Below, piece by piece: positions 55,385 through 64,000 of a stretch of 64,000 nucleotides of DNA; within the stretch, counting starts at the first letter, position 1, and each line of letters begins with the position of its first letter. The notes beneath the pieces are model-generated. The model searched no databases, was not told where the DNA came from, and saw only the letters and a program-made list of their open reading frames with translations. Source of the stretch: a bacterium (GTDB lineage Bacteria > Bacteroidota > Ignavibacteria > UBA10030). The stretch is taken from assembly GCA_043803945.1 (NCBI GenBank), contig JAZDJN010000087.1, positions 192,001-256,000 of the forward strand, given 5' to 3'. A program made the position numbers and the translations under genes.

Positions 55385-58078
55385 TCACACCCTCTTGAGC
55401 GTTGGGCAAGAAATATATACTGTAACTATTTCATATGGCTGAATGCTAATCTGAACGGCTCCCTCGCGTACGTCGAGATCGCCAGTGATTGTCTCGTTCA
55501 GCATAGCACGCGAGATTTTCGTAACAGGAAAGTAAAATCTGGCTGTTGTACGGATCACCTTATCAACCGGATTACTCAACCGGAGAACAATTCCGTTGCC
55601 ATCCTCTGACTCCTTCAATGCGCTGAACTGGACTTCAGCGGGTGTAACAGATAAGAACGATTGCTCCAACATGTGCTGTTCGTTTTTTCTGGCGGCAACG
55701 ATGGGCGGAACGGAAAACAACTCTGCCTCCTTCAAGATGGTTGTCCACATCTCTTCGGAGGAATCTGTCACTACAATGGCATATTCGAAGGTATGGGTGC
55801 CGAGGCATTGGGCATCGGGCGTTTCGTTCCACCACCCCGCAGCTCCACCGGGCCGTGTAATGAGATCGCGTCCGGCAAGTTTGCCGACAGAACGGAGCAG
55901 TGTCAGCGCCAGCGTTCCCCGATCCTGAAGCTTCAATTCATATTCCGGTAGCCCCTTCGTCAGGAGTGTGAATGCCTGTTTCTCATCACGAATTGTCACA
56001 AAGCGCTGCATTGGGGCTACCATTGCCGGATGTTCAATGGAAAATTGTGTTACATCATACTCACGATGCTCACGTTTCACAACGGCGAAGGGTGATTCGG
56101 CATATGACTCAGATGTGTTTATTCCTGTACGGAACAGCACGCGCAGCCTGTGATCTTTAATGGCATTATGAACCGTTGTTTTGATCTCCAGATGGCGGGA
56201 GTCGGCGGTCAATGCAACTAGAGAAGAAATCGTCAACTCTCTCTTCTTCGTTGAACGACTGCGTTCATCAAGAGATGCAGACTCTGGTACATTCATGCTG
56301 CATTCAATTTCGATCGCCGCCCGCAACGGCCCGCGCTCCACAACACTCACTTTTGGTGAAAGCTGATGAGAGTAATACCATTCATCCTTCTCCGGATACG
56401 AATAGTTATACTCATCTCCTACATCTCCTGAATCTTCAAAAATGTTCAGGTTGGAGTATTGCAATCCGGTTTCTTTATCATGCACGAGAAGAGATCCGTC
56501 TGACTGCACTTCCACCTTCAGCCATTCGTTCTCCAGTGAGGTCTCAGTAACTGTTAGAGTATTGCTGTATGAGGGTGTTTCATCTGTTCGGACAACACTG
56601 AGCCCCCTCCACCCGAATGAAGGCAACTGTTTCGCAGACACCAACACCGTAAACCGATCCACCAGTGTTTGGTGCGGGTAGTCATGTTTCGAATAGGTCA
56701 ACCCAAATGTCTCTTCTCTCTTCATAATCTGGTATGGAATTTCGTTGCCTCTGTTATCGATAAGCTTAAATCCTTGGACCGGCGGCAATTTCCCGGCAAC
56801 CTTCACTTCCGGATTTAATCCGACGACAACATCCTGCAGGTAGAATTCTACTGCCGCTTCCACCACTTCCGTTCGAACAAACGGTGACGGATTGAAGAAG
56901 AGAAGAAAACGATCGTCCTTATGAGAGGTTTCATCGTACGGCCAGAGTTGGGCAAGGCATTCTGTCTGTACGTGGGCAGCAATTTGTCTGACTTTCTTAT
57001 ATCGAACGATCATCTCCTGGTGAACTTCGTCGACGCTCGTGCCACAAATCGCATCGTGATCCTGGTTTTGGATAAGGTACTTCCAGGCCTGTTCAATCTG
57101 GGGCGTTCTGCTGCGCATCCCGGCCATCATTCCCACCACATTCAGAGGCTCAAGCGAACGTTCGAGTAATGTTTGGCATGCGGCATTCATCTGTTTTAGG
57201 TACATCCTGCTCGAGAAGACTCCGCCAAGAACGGCAAACGCATGCCGAAATCCGAATCTTGTTTCTCCATCAAGTATCTTCAGTGGTGTTCTATCGGTGA
57301 TCTCATTCCTCAGGGCCTTCACATAATCCACAAAATTGCTGTGGAGAATCGTAGCATCTTCGCTTCTGGAGAGTACCTCGATGGCCGTTGTAACATCAGC
57401 GTCCGGCCAGTGGTGGTCGCCGCCATTAAAGAAGAGCCGCTGTGATGTCGTTGCACGGGCATCGAGTTCCCGCTTTAACCGGTTAAATTTTTCTCGGATC
57501 ACCGCCTCATCGCGGCTGGCAAAGTAGCCGGCGCTGTATCCATCCTTCGGCAGATGATGCATCAACACTTGCGAACCATTGGGGCTTTTCCACCAATATT
57601 CGGAAAACTCCTGGCCGGGCTCGCCGCCAAATCCGCGATAGATCATTGCCGTATCGATGCCGAATCCTAAAAGCAACTGCGGCATCTGTGCAATATGGCC
57701 GAATTGGTCGGGGATGTAGCCAATCGGCATCACGCCCCCCAATTCATTGCCGAAGCGAAAGCCAAACAACAGGTTTCGAATCTGCGACTCACCGCTTGAT
57801 AGGAATTCATCATTCAAAATATACCATGGCCCGATGAAGAGTTTTTTCTCACGAACAAGCTGACAGATTTCGTCTTTTCGATCCGGCCTGATTTCAAGGT
57901 AGTCCAGCACGGCTGCCATCTGGCCGTCGAGCGTGTACGATTTGAATCGGGCATCCGATTTGAAAATTTCCAGTAAATCTTCAATCATATCGACGAGCAT
58001 AGCCCGAAAACGTTCGTAGGGAAAATACCACTCACGATCCCAGTGAGAGTGAGAGACAATATGGTAAGTTGGCTTCAT
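55385..58078 (-). CDS. GH38 alpha-mannosidase (MngB/Ams1-like)
   Basis: HSHWDREW, LDGQ, IGPWY, PDQFGH, GGDH, HDAICGTS. Confidence 0.93.
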   Translation of the reverse strand: MKPTYHIVSHSHWDREWYFPYERFRAMLVDMIEDLLEIFKSDARFKSYTLDGQMAAVLDYLEIRPDRKDEICQLVREKKLFIGPWYILNDEFLSSGESQIRNLLFGFRFGNELGGVMPIGYIPDQFGHIAQMPQLLLGFGIDTAMIYRGFGGEPGQEFSEYWWKSPNGSQVLMHHLPKDGYSAGYFASRDEAVIREKFNRLKRELDARATTSQRLFFNGGDHHWPDADVTTAIEVLSRSEDATILHSNFVDYVKALRNEITDRTPLKILDGETRFGFRHAFAVLGGVFSSRMYLKQMNAACQTLLERSLEPLNVVGMMAGMRSRTPQIEQAWKYLIQNQDHDAICGTSVDEVHQEMIVRYKKVRQIAAHVQTECLAQLWPYDETSHKDDRFLLFFNPSPFVRTEVVEAAVEFYLQDVVVGLNPEVKVAGKLPPVQGFKLIDNRGNEIPYQIMKREETFGLTYSKHDYPHQTLVDRFTVLVSAKQLPSFGWRGLSVVRTDETPSYSNTLTVTETSLENEWLKVEVQSDGSLLVHDKETGLQYSNLNIFEDSGDVGDEYNYSYPEKDEWYYSHQLSPKVSVVERGPLRAAIEIECSMNVPESASLDERSRSTKKRELTISSLVALTADSRHLEIKTTVHNAIKDHRLRVLFRTGINTSESYAESPFAVVKREHREYDVTQFSIEHPAMVAPMQRFVTIRDEKQAFTLLTKGLPEYELKLQDRGTLALTLLRSVGKLAGRDLITRPGGAAGWWNETPDAQCLGTHTFEYAIVVTDSSEEMWTTILKEAELFSVPPIVAARKNEQHMLEQSFLSVTPAEVQFSALKESEDGNGIVLRLSNPVDKVIRTTARFYFPVTKISRAMLNETITGDLDVREGAVQISIQPYEIVTVYISCPTLKRV

Positions 58079-58090
58079 CGTGTTTTTTTG

Positions 58091-59032
58091 TCAGCGGTAG
58101 TATTCATACTTTACAATTGCGGTTGATGCACCGACTGCCGTTACACAACTTGCTGCAACCCTGTTGGCAATCGCCGCGGCAGCGAACGGTTCATTTCCTT
58201 TTAACATCGCCGCAATAAACCCGGCAACAAAAGCATCGCCGGCACCCGTTGTATCGATCACTCTTCTAACTATTTTGCCTTTGATGATTTTTGCTTTCTT
58301 TCCATTATCGATGTAACATCCCTCCGCACCCAATTTCAATCCAAGAATTCCGGAGGCACCGGCCTTTCGGAAATAAGCCATGATCTCCTCTGGAGATTTT
58401 TTCCGCGACAACAGTACCGCTTCGTTATAGCTTGGAAGAAAGTAATCGACAAAAGGAAGAAACCGCTTCAATGCACCGAATGCCGTCGTTGGATTTCCAG
58501 CAGTATCCAGCAATATTTTTACGGCAGACTTTTCCTTCAACGTGCTAAAGAGAGTGCCCAACTCCTTTTCCATTTCAGGCAGCAAGCCCAGATAGCCTAC
58601 CATCAACAACGAAGCTCGTTGAATCACAGATCGATGCTGAAGAATATCTGCACCACGAAAATTCTTCATACATCCCCGTGTGTGCAAAAAAGTTCTCTCC
58701 CCGTCACACCCAACATTAACAATGGTTGCAGAGGTCTGTGCTTTCGCATCGACACGAACCCCCTCTACACTCATGCCGTGCTTGCGATATTGATTGATTA
58801 TGTAGGAGCCGAGGTCATCATCACCGACACGTGTGATGGCTCCAACACGGAATCCCAGCTTGATCAGATCGATACCGACGTTCGAGACATTGCCGCCCGT
58901 CGAGAGTGAAATCGATTCGATCAGCTTCAACCCGCCCTTTCGGGGAAGTTGCCTGAGATCCACCGGCCTGCCGATAATATCCGCAACGGCAAGCCCGGCT
59001 ACGACAACATCAAGGTGGTCAACAGAATTCAT
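58091..59032 (-). CDS. PfkB family carbohydrate kinase
   Basis: GGNVSN, VGDDDLG, DTTGAGDAFVAG. Confidence 0.92.
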   Translation of the reverse strand: MNSVDHLDVVVAGLAVADIIGRPVDLRQLPRKGGLKLIESISLSTGGNVSNVGIDLIKLGFRVGAITRVGDDDLGSYIINQYRKHGMSVEGVRVDAKAQTSATIVNVGCDGERTFLHTRGCMKNFRGADILQHRSVIQRASLLMVGYLGLLPEMEKELGTLFSTLKEKSAVKILLDTAGNPTTAFGALKRFLPFVDYFLPSYNEAVLLSRKKSPEEIMAYFRKAGASGILGLKLGAEGCYIDNGKKAKIIKGKIVRRVIDTTGAGDAFVAGFIAAMLKGNEPFAAAAIANRVAASCVTAVGASTAIVKYEYYR

Positions 59033-59046
59033 TATTCTTTATTTCC

Positions 59047-60870
59047 CTATTCAAGAACTGTCAATTTATTAAAATCCAGTACCCGCTGCTTTCCCTTGTA
59101 GGTCATCACGAGTTGTTCACTCCCCACGTCGGCATGCAGGAATGGTCCATCGAACAGTTTTGTCTTCGACAGGTCAACCGGTTTTCCGTTTAACCATCTG
59201 CTTTCAGGGAACGTAAACCGCATAGTCTTTCCATTAAGTGTCCGATATTCGACCGAGACCGCTCCAGGTTTCAATGCCGCATGCGGAATGCGCGTGCGGA
59301 GCTGCTCTTTGAATTTATCAAACGAACCGATCTCGTCTTTCGATCGCACCTCAATCACGTAGCCGTTCTGCAATTTATGACTTCTCAACCGCCATGCAAT
59401 ATCCACTTTCTGTTTTTCCAGTTCAGGCCTTCCAATTTGGTTTACCCTATTGGCCACCTCTTCTGTTTCTTTTATCCATTCATACTCCTGCAATGGATAC
59501 CAGCCCACATAGGTATCTCCCGCCTTACAGAGTATCCAGCCGGATTGATCGATGATTCGTTCTTCCAAATTCAACGGGAAGAAGCCGTCGATATGCTCTG
59601 AAGTTGTTCCGGTCGCGATGTCGTACAGAACCAAGAGTGTATTCTTATGTTGGAATGTACGCTCAAACGGCGAGCCGCCTGTCCATTTATCGGGATTATT
59701 ATACGTTCCTTTGGATGCGACAACATCGGCGATCAGCGTTTTCACCTCCTCGGGAAAAAACATCCCGAGCTCCCATCCAGACCAATAGGGATGCAAGCCG
59801 AAGATGGTGGAAAAGGGTTTCCCAAATGTGTAGCGAACTCCCCAGGTGTGTTGCTGTATGGGCTGCAGAATTCCACCCTGCAGTGAACCAAGGCCATAAT
59901 CCTTTGTCACATAGGTATATTTGTATACAGGAGGATTTTTTTCCTTCCCATAGCGAATGACATTTCTCACTCGTTTCCGCTCTTTATGGATGTAGCTCGT
60001 TTTCCGGTCGGTGGCAATCTGATAAATAATTTCAGGCAGGCGGAACCTGGAGAGCGCCGGAAGCACAAGCCACCCTGAATTGACCGGATCTCCTTTGCCA
60101 AAGTACAGCCATGCAAATGCCGATGCACCCGACTGGAGCGGCTTATACACAGCGGGTTGATAGATACGGCTGTACCCGCCAAGGTACTGGCCCTCAAGAT
60201 GTTCTGCAGCAAAGTCTGCCAGGACGTAATCAAGCATCATGGCTCCGCGCTTTTTCATGTCGGGGTCAAGTGCAAATTCGGAGAGCAGCGACATGGAGAT
60301 GGCATATTCCATAAAATAATCCGGCGAGTCGAACTCACCCTGCCCAATTGTGGTGGTAATGCGAATCCAGTGAATGAGGTACTCCTTTGCCTCCTGGCGA
60401 TTCTCATCGGAGCTTTTGCTATTGAACCATTCCGATCCCGGCAGGTTGGGCCATTGCTCCGCGGCGAGGAAGAGCGAGGAATAGTACATACACCAGTGGT
60501 TTTCGGTATCGCCGCGGTACGGGGCATAGGTTTTCCAGGATCGCCGCACAATGTCTTTCGTTGCAGGGGACATTTTGTCCTTTCCCTGTAAATACGTGCC
60601 GATCACCGGAAACATCCAGAACATATCGCCGCGCGGTTCCTTAAGCATCACCGCCAGCATACTGTCGGCCTGCGCGATATTATGATTGTGTGCATAGCGA
60701 ACCGCTGCCTGATAGTATCCGGGAGTCTGGAGCGTATCGTAGACTGACAAGAGCCTCTGGACGCGCTCCTGATACATTTTCAGATATTCCTGCCGGCCAT
60801 CCGGTTGCGCGGCCAGCATTGAAGAAAAGACAAGTAACATGAGAAGCACTGTTCGTAATGTTGTTTTCAT
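59047..60870 (-). CDS. Secreted hypothetical protein (possible alpha/alpha-toroid plus beta-sandwich lyase/hydrolase-like)
   Basis: Signal peptide; TENH, GEFDSPDY; paralogous to 63325-64000. Confidence 0.7.
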   Translation of the reverse strand: MKTTLRTVLLMLLVFSSMLAAQPDGRQEYLKMYQERVQRLLSVYDTLQTPGYYQAAVRYAHNHNIAQADSMLAVMLKEPRGDMFWMFPVIGTYLQGKDKMSPATKDIVRRSWKTYAPYRGDTENHWCMYYSSLFLAAEQWPNLPGSEWFNSKSSDENRQEAKEYLIHWIRITTTIGQGEFDSPDYFMEYAISMSLLSEFALDPDMKKRGAMMLDYVLADFAAEHLEGQYLGGYSRIYQPAVYKPLQSGASAFAWLYFGKGDPVNSGWLVLPALSRFRLPEIIYQIATDRKTSYIHKERKRVRNVIRYGKEKNPPVYKYTYVTKDYGLGSLQGGILQPIQQHTWGVRYTFGKPFSTIFGLHPYWSGWELGMFFPEEVKTLIADVVASKGTYNNPDKWTGGSPFERTFQHKNTLLVLYDIATGTTSEHIDGFFPLNLEERIIDQSGWILCKAGDTYVGWYPLQEYEWIKETEEVANRVNQIGRPELEKQKVDIAWRLRSHKLQNGYVIEVRSKDEIGSFDKFKEQLRTRIPHAALKPGAVSVEYRTLNGKTMRFTFPESRWLNGKPVDLSKTKLFDGPFLHADVGSEQLVMTYKGKQRVLDFNKLTVLE

Positions 60871-60882
60871 AGGGATATGACC

Positions 60883-61911
60883 TTAAAACGGTTGTACTGT
60901 GAGTGTCCATACTTGAGAACCATTGAGGCCAACATACCGCCACAAGTCTCCTCCGTTATCGGAACAGAATACTCCGCCATAAAACGTTGCAATATAGACC
61001 CGGCTGCCCTTCTGCGGATCAACGGCAATGGAGTGAATGTTGAGGTTCGTCAATCCATCGTTTACTCGATTCCAGCTCTTTCCGCCGTCGCGCGATTTGT
61101 AGATTCCTGTCATATAACCGCCGGCATAAACCATCGCAGGGTTGGTTGGATCGAATGCTATGGAATAAAACGTCTTATGGTCCAACCCCGCTTCAACTTT
61201 TTCCCATATCCTTCCGCCAGTCGTTGAGAGATACATGCCATGGTCCTCCGTGCCGGCAATCAAAACAGCCGGATTCTTTGGATGCTGGGCAACTACTCTG
61301 ACACCGCCAACACTCAAGCTGGTACGTTTCCATGTTGCCCCCCCATTTTCGCTTCGGTAGACACCATCCTCCGTGGCACAGTAGAGACGATTCGGATCTG
61401 CATGATCGATAACAATGGAGGTCATGAATTTTTCCCCGATGCCTTCATTCATCTCCTTCCAGATTTTCCCGCCATTCGATGTTTTAAATACTCCATAGGG
61501 TGTTGCACAATACTGAACATCGGCATTAGCCTGATCGAACACCACTTGCTGAACCTCAGTTATATTCCACCCCGTTGTTATTTTCCAGGTTGCCCCTGCA
61601 TCGGTTGAATAGTGGACGCCGTTACCGGAGGCGATGCTGAGAATTTTTCCTTTCATCGGTGTGTAGACCGCAACACCGAACGCGCGGATATTGGTTGGCC
61701 CGCTGTGCTGCCAGAGTGTATCGTCCGTGGTTTTCTTAAATAAGAGGCCTGTCTGTGGGTTTGCCGCACCGACGACAAATCCTTTCGTTGAGACAACAGA
61801 GAGATAGACTGTCGATTCCTGGGCGAACACCGAAGCACTCAGCAAAAAAAAGGCAATCCATCCGGCCCTCCATGGTACTTTCATTCGATTGAGCAATGGT
61901 ACGGAATTCAT
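60883..61911 (-). CDS. Secreted BNR/Asp-box beta-propeller protein (YCF48/sialidase-like)
   Basis: Repeated S-x-D/N-G-G-x-T/S-W boxes (STDAGATW, SNGGKIW, SENGGATW, SRDGGKSW). Start MNSVP (61911) with a GAGG RBS. Confidence 0.85.
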   Translation of the reverse strand: MNSVPLLNRMKVPWRAGWIAFFLLSASVFAQESTVYLSVVSTKGFVVGAANPQTGLLFKKTTDDTLWQHSGPTNIRAFGVAVYTPMKGKILSIASGNGVHYSTDAGATWKITTGWNITEVQQVVFDQANADVQYCATPYGVFKTSNGGKIWKEMNEGIGEKFMTSIVIDHADPNRLYCATEDGVYRSENGGATWKRTSLSVGGVRVVAQHPKNPAVLIAGTEDHGMYLSTTGGRIWEKVEAGLDHKTFYSIAFDPTNPAMVYAGGYMTGIYKSRDGGKSWNRVNDGLTNLNIHSIAVDPQKGSRVYIATFYGGVFCSDNGGDLWRYVGLNGSQVWTLTVQPF

Positions 61912-61953
61912 TGAACCTCGCTTTCTAAGTTGAAAAAAATGTGAGAAAGATCT

Positions 61954-62295
61954 ACCGCCCTGCCCGCCGCAAGTGGCGCGCAGGCGGGCAAGACACCAAA
62001 ACACCAAGATTTCATTGTGATAGATTTTCAGATCCTTATTAAAAACAATCGTATCTACTCAGTTCGTTTAGTGCTCCTGCTATTTTTACTTATCTTTCCC
62101 CCCTTTTACGAAAATGGAAAATGTTCCCCGCAGAAGAAACACAATTCATAAACACATCCGCTCATTATCTTACCCCAAGAGTACCAAAAAGGAAAACAAA
62201 TTATACTTTGGGTGAACATGCTGAGCAACTACAAATATTCTTGGCGCACTTGCCCGCCTGCCCAAGCGGACACTCTAAGTCGGGCAAGGCGGCCA
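61954..62295. repeat. Palindromic element whose two arms each carry an inserted TGCCCG...GCAGGCGGG mini-element
   Basis: accgc[cctgcccgcc..gcaggcggg]caagacacc (61959-61988) and gcacttg[cccgcctgc..gtcgggcaag]gcgg (62253-62288, reverse orientation). Confidence 0.65.
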
Positions 62296-62341
62296 GATTT
62301 TCTTTCAAAGATTCTCATTTATTATTTTTACGTAACGAAGG

Positions 62342-63328
62342 TTATTCGTCACACAATATAATCTGTTTGACATGTGCGCCTTGAAGGCCGGCGGCGATCC
62401 AGGTTTTCCCTTGATCCTTTGATTCAAATATTCCTTGTGCGTTCGTACCGACCATTATGTAAGACTGATTTTGTGGATGAATCAAGATTGTAAAAATCGA
62501 CTCGATGTTCGGGGCATTCCAGACTTGCTTCCATGAGACACCCGCATTGTCGCTTCTCCAAAGCCCTGTCTGATTGCCACCGGCATACAGGTGCAATCCG
62601 TCCGGGGTTGATGTTGTTGCATAGAATGCGGTCGAAGGAAGGCCCGCACTTTGGCGCCAGCGTTTTCCTCCATCGAAGCTATAGAACACTCCATCATCCT
62701 CGGTGCCGACAAGAAGTGTATCGCCGTTCACCGGATGTTGAAACACCGTCATGATTCCGGGTTTGCCGACGCCCAGCGGCTTCCATAAGTCTCCCCGGTT
62801 TGTGGTTTTGTAAAGGTCATCTTCCGCGGCAGCATAGAGTATCCGGCGATTCCGATTGTCTGTCATGACTTGCTGAACAAACCATTTCCGAAATCCTGTC
62901 CGCTTTGCATGCCATGTTTCGCCATCGTCCACCGATTGGAAAATACCCTGCGGTGTGGCAATGGTAATACAGCGCTGGTCGACGGGGTCGATTGCAACAG
63001 ATAGCACTTCCTCGGTTTTCCACGATGTCAGGATACGCCATGTTGCGCCGCCATCGGTCGATCGGTGCAATCCGTTGCCGGCTGCAATATATTTTTTCTT
63101 CGGATTCGAAAAATCGATGCCAAATGCAAAGAGATTATTCCGGTAAATATTTTTCCAGCCTGTATCGTTGCCGCGGCGTTGAAAGACGCCGTTCCCTGAA
63201 GCACTGCCCACCGAAACGTTGGCCCGATTCAGAAAGACTGCGGCATAGTAGTTCTGCGTCTGCCCTTGTGCATCACCGAGAAGAAGAAAAAGACCCATGA
63301 CGATTATTACAGAACGGAGCGCCTTCAC
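62342..63328 (-). CDS. Secreted BNR/Asp-box beta-propeller protein, paralog of 60883-61911
   Basis: STDGGATW, SVDDGETW, SFDGGKRW, SDNAGVSW, SKDQGKTW; signal peptide. Confidence 0.85.
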   Translation of the reverse strand: MKALRSVIIVMGLFLLLGDAQGQTQNYYAAVFLNRANVSVGSASGNGVFQRRGNDTGWKNIYRNNLFAFGIDFSNPKKKYIAAGNGLHRSTDGGATWRILTSWKTEEVLSVAIDPVDQRCITIATPQGIFQSVDDGETWHAKRTGFRKWFVQQVMTDNRNRRILYAAAEDDLYKTTNRGDLWKPLGVGKPGIMTVFQHPVNGDTLLVGTEDDGVFYSFDGGKRWRQSAGLPSTAFYATTSTPDGLHLYAGGNQTGLWRSDNAGVSWKQVWNAPNIESIFTILIHPQNQSYIMVGTNAQGIFESKDQGKTWIAAGLQGAHVKQIILCDE

Positions 63329-64000
63329 TTCGTACGATACTCCCGAATCGATACCGTGTTGAAATCCAGCTCTCGAACAGCTGATCCGTGCTTCATTGTG
63401 ATCACCCCGCTTCGCAGTTTGCTTGTCATGAAAGGGCCTTGATAGAGCTGGCCGGTATTCAATTGAATGGCTTTTCCGTTGAGAACCCTTTGACCGTTGA
63501 AGGTAAAGCGCATCTTATCGCCATGCCGGGTAGTGTACCCGACTGTCATCGCTCTGTCGAATTGATCCGTGTTCGGCTTCCGGCTTGCAACCTTCTTCTT
63601 GAATTCCTGAAATGAACCATCCTCCTCCTCCGAGCCGACTTCCACCACAATGCCGTTTGTCAAAGCTGAACTCCGCCATCTCCAGTTCACCGCTTCTTCA
63701 ATCCACTCATACGGTTTCAAAGGAGAGACAGCAACATACGTTGATCCGGCACGTGAGAAGATCCTGCCTGAGTCATCGATGATGCGTTCATCGAGATTCT
63801 TGGGAAAGAATCCGTCGATATGGGGGTGCATCGCTCCCGGTGCGATATGATAGAGAATAATGATTGTATTCTTATGCTGAAAGGTTTGCTCATATGGCGA
63901 ACTGGAATTCCACTTATTGGGATCGGTATAGATTTTATGATAGCGATTCACTTCGTCGGCAAGGAATTTTTGTTCCTCCGGAAAGAACATCGCAAGCTCC
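63325..64000 (-). CDS. C-terminal part of a hypothetical protein paralogous to 59047-60870 (5' end outside window)
   Basis: ELAMFFPEE..YTDPNKW..SPYEQTFQHKNT..HIDGFFPKNLDERIID vs ELGMFFPEE..YNNPDKW..SPFERTFQHKNT..HIDGFFPLNLEERIID. Frame is open to the window edge. Confidence 0.8.
   Translation of the reverse strand, partial: ELAMFFPEEQKFLADEVNRYHKIYTDPNKWNSSSPYEQTFQHKNTIIILYHIAPGAMHPHIDGFFPKNLDERIIDDSGRIFSRAGSTYVAVSPLKPYEWIEEAVNWRWRSSALTNGIVVEVGSEEEDGSFQEFKKKVASRKPNTDQFDRAMTVGYTTRHGDKMRFTFNGQRVLNGKAIQLNTGQLYQGPFMTSKLRSGVITMKHGSAVRELDFNTVSIREYRTK

Noticed and set aside
55066-55409. Small ORF(s) between GH38 and FAH (MTTYSAQQ... and MTFESERRK...)
   Set aside because: Could be a frameshifted remnant, but there is no recognisable motif; not supportable as a feature.

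Overview
Bacterial window, probably from a diderm Ignavibacteria/Bacteroidota-like organism (inferred from the TonB receptor and many secreted proteins). (1) 1-8.3 kb: a minus-strand type I-E CRISPR-Cas operon (cas3-cas8e-cse2-cas6e-cas7, running off the left edge; no array in the window). It is headed by a translationally coupled triad of an ECF-type sigma factor, an XRE-like HTH protein and an ImmA/IrrE HExxH metallopeptidase. This is the best candidate for an undescribed system: a proteolytic and sigma-factor switch controlling Cascade/Cas3. (2) 8.9-30.3 kb: argH, hicBA, a D-aminoacylase, a membrane/lipid cluster, a TonB receptor, a fused restriction-modification gene bounded by cassette-like GTT...AAC inverted repeats, a DUF6305/DctM/peptidase operon, a DASS transporter and ychF. 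(3) 30.3-64 kb: a ~34 kb co-directional minus-strand catabolic region. It encodes secreted beta-propeller and lyase-like proteins, GH38, several sugar kinases, an NAAAR/PreA-like/ferredoxin/cyclase/M20 module, an MtaA-like plus MtaB pair with no corrinoid protein, an SSS transporter and a nitrilase. Several deletion scars (27-47 kb) and nested palindromic mini-elements also occur. All calls come from motif recognition by eye; no searches were run.
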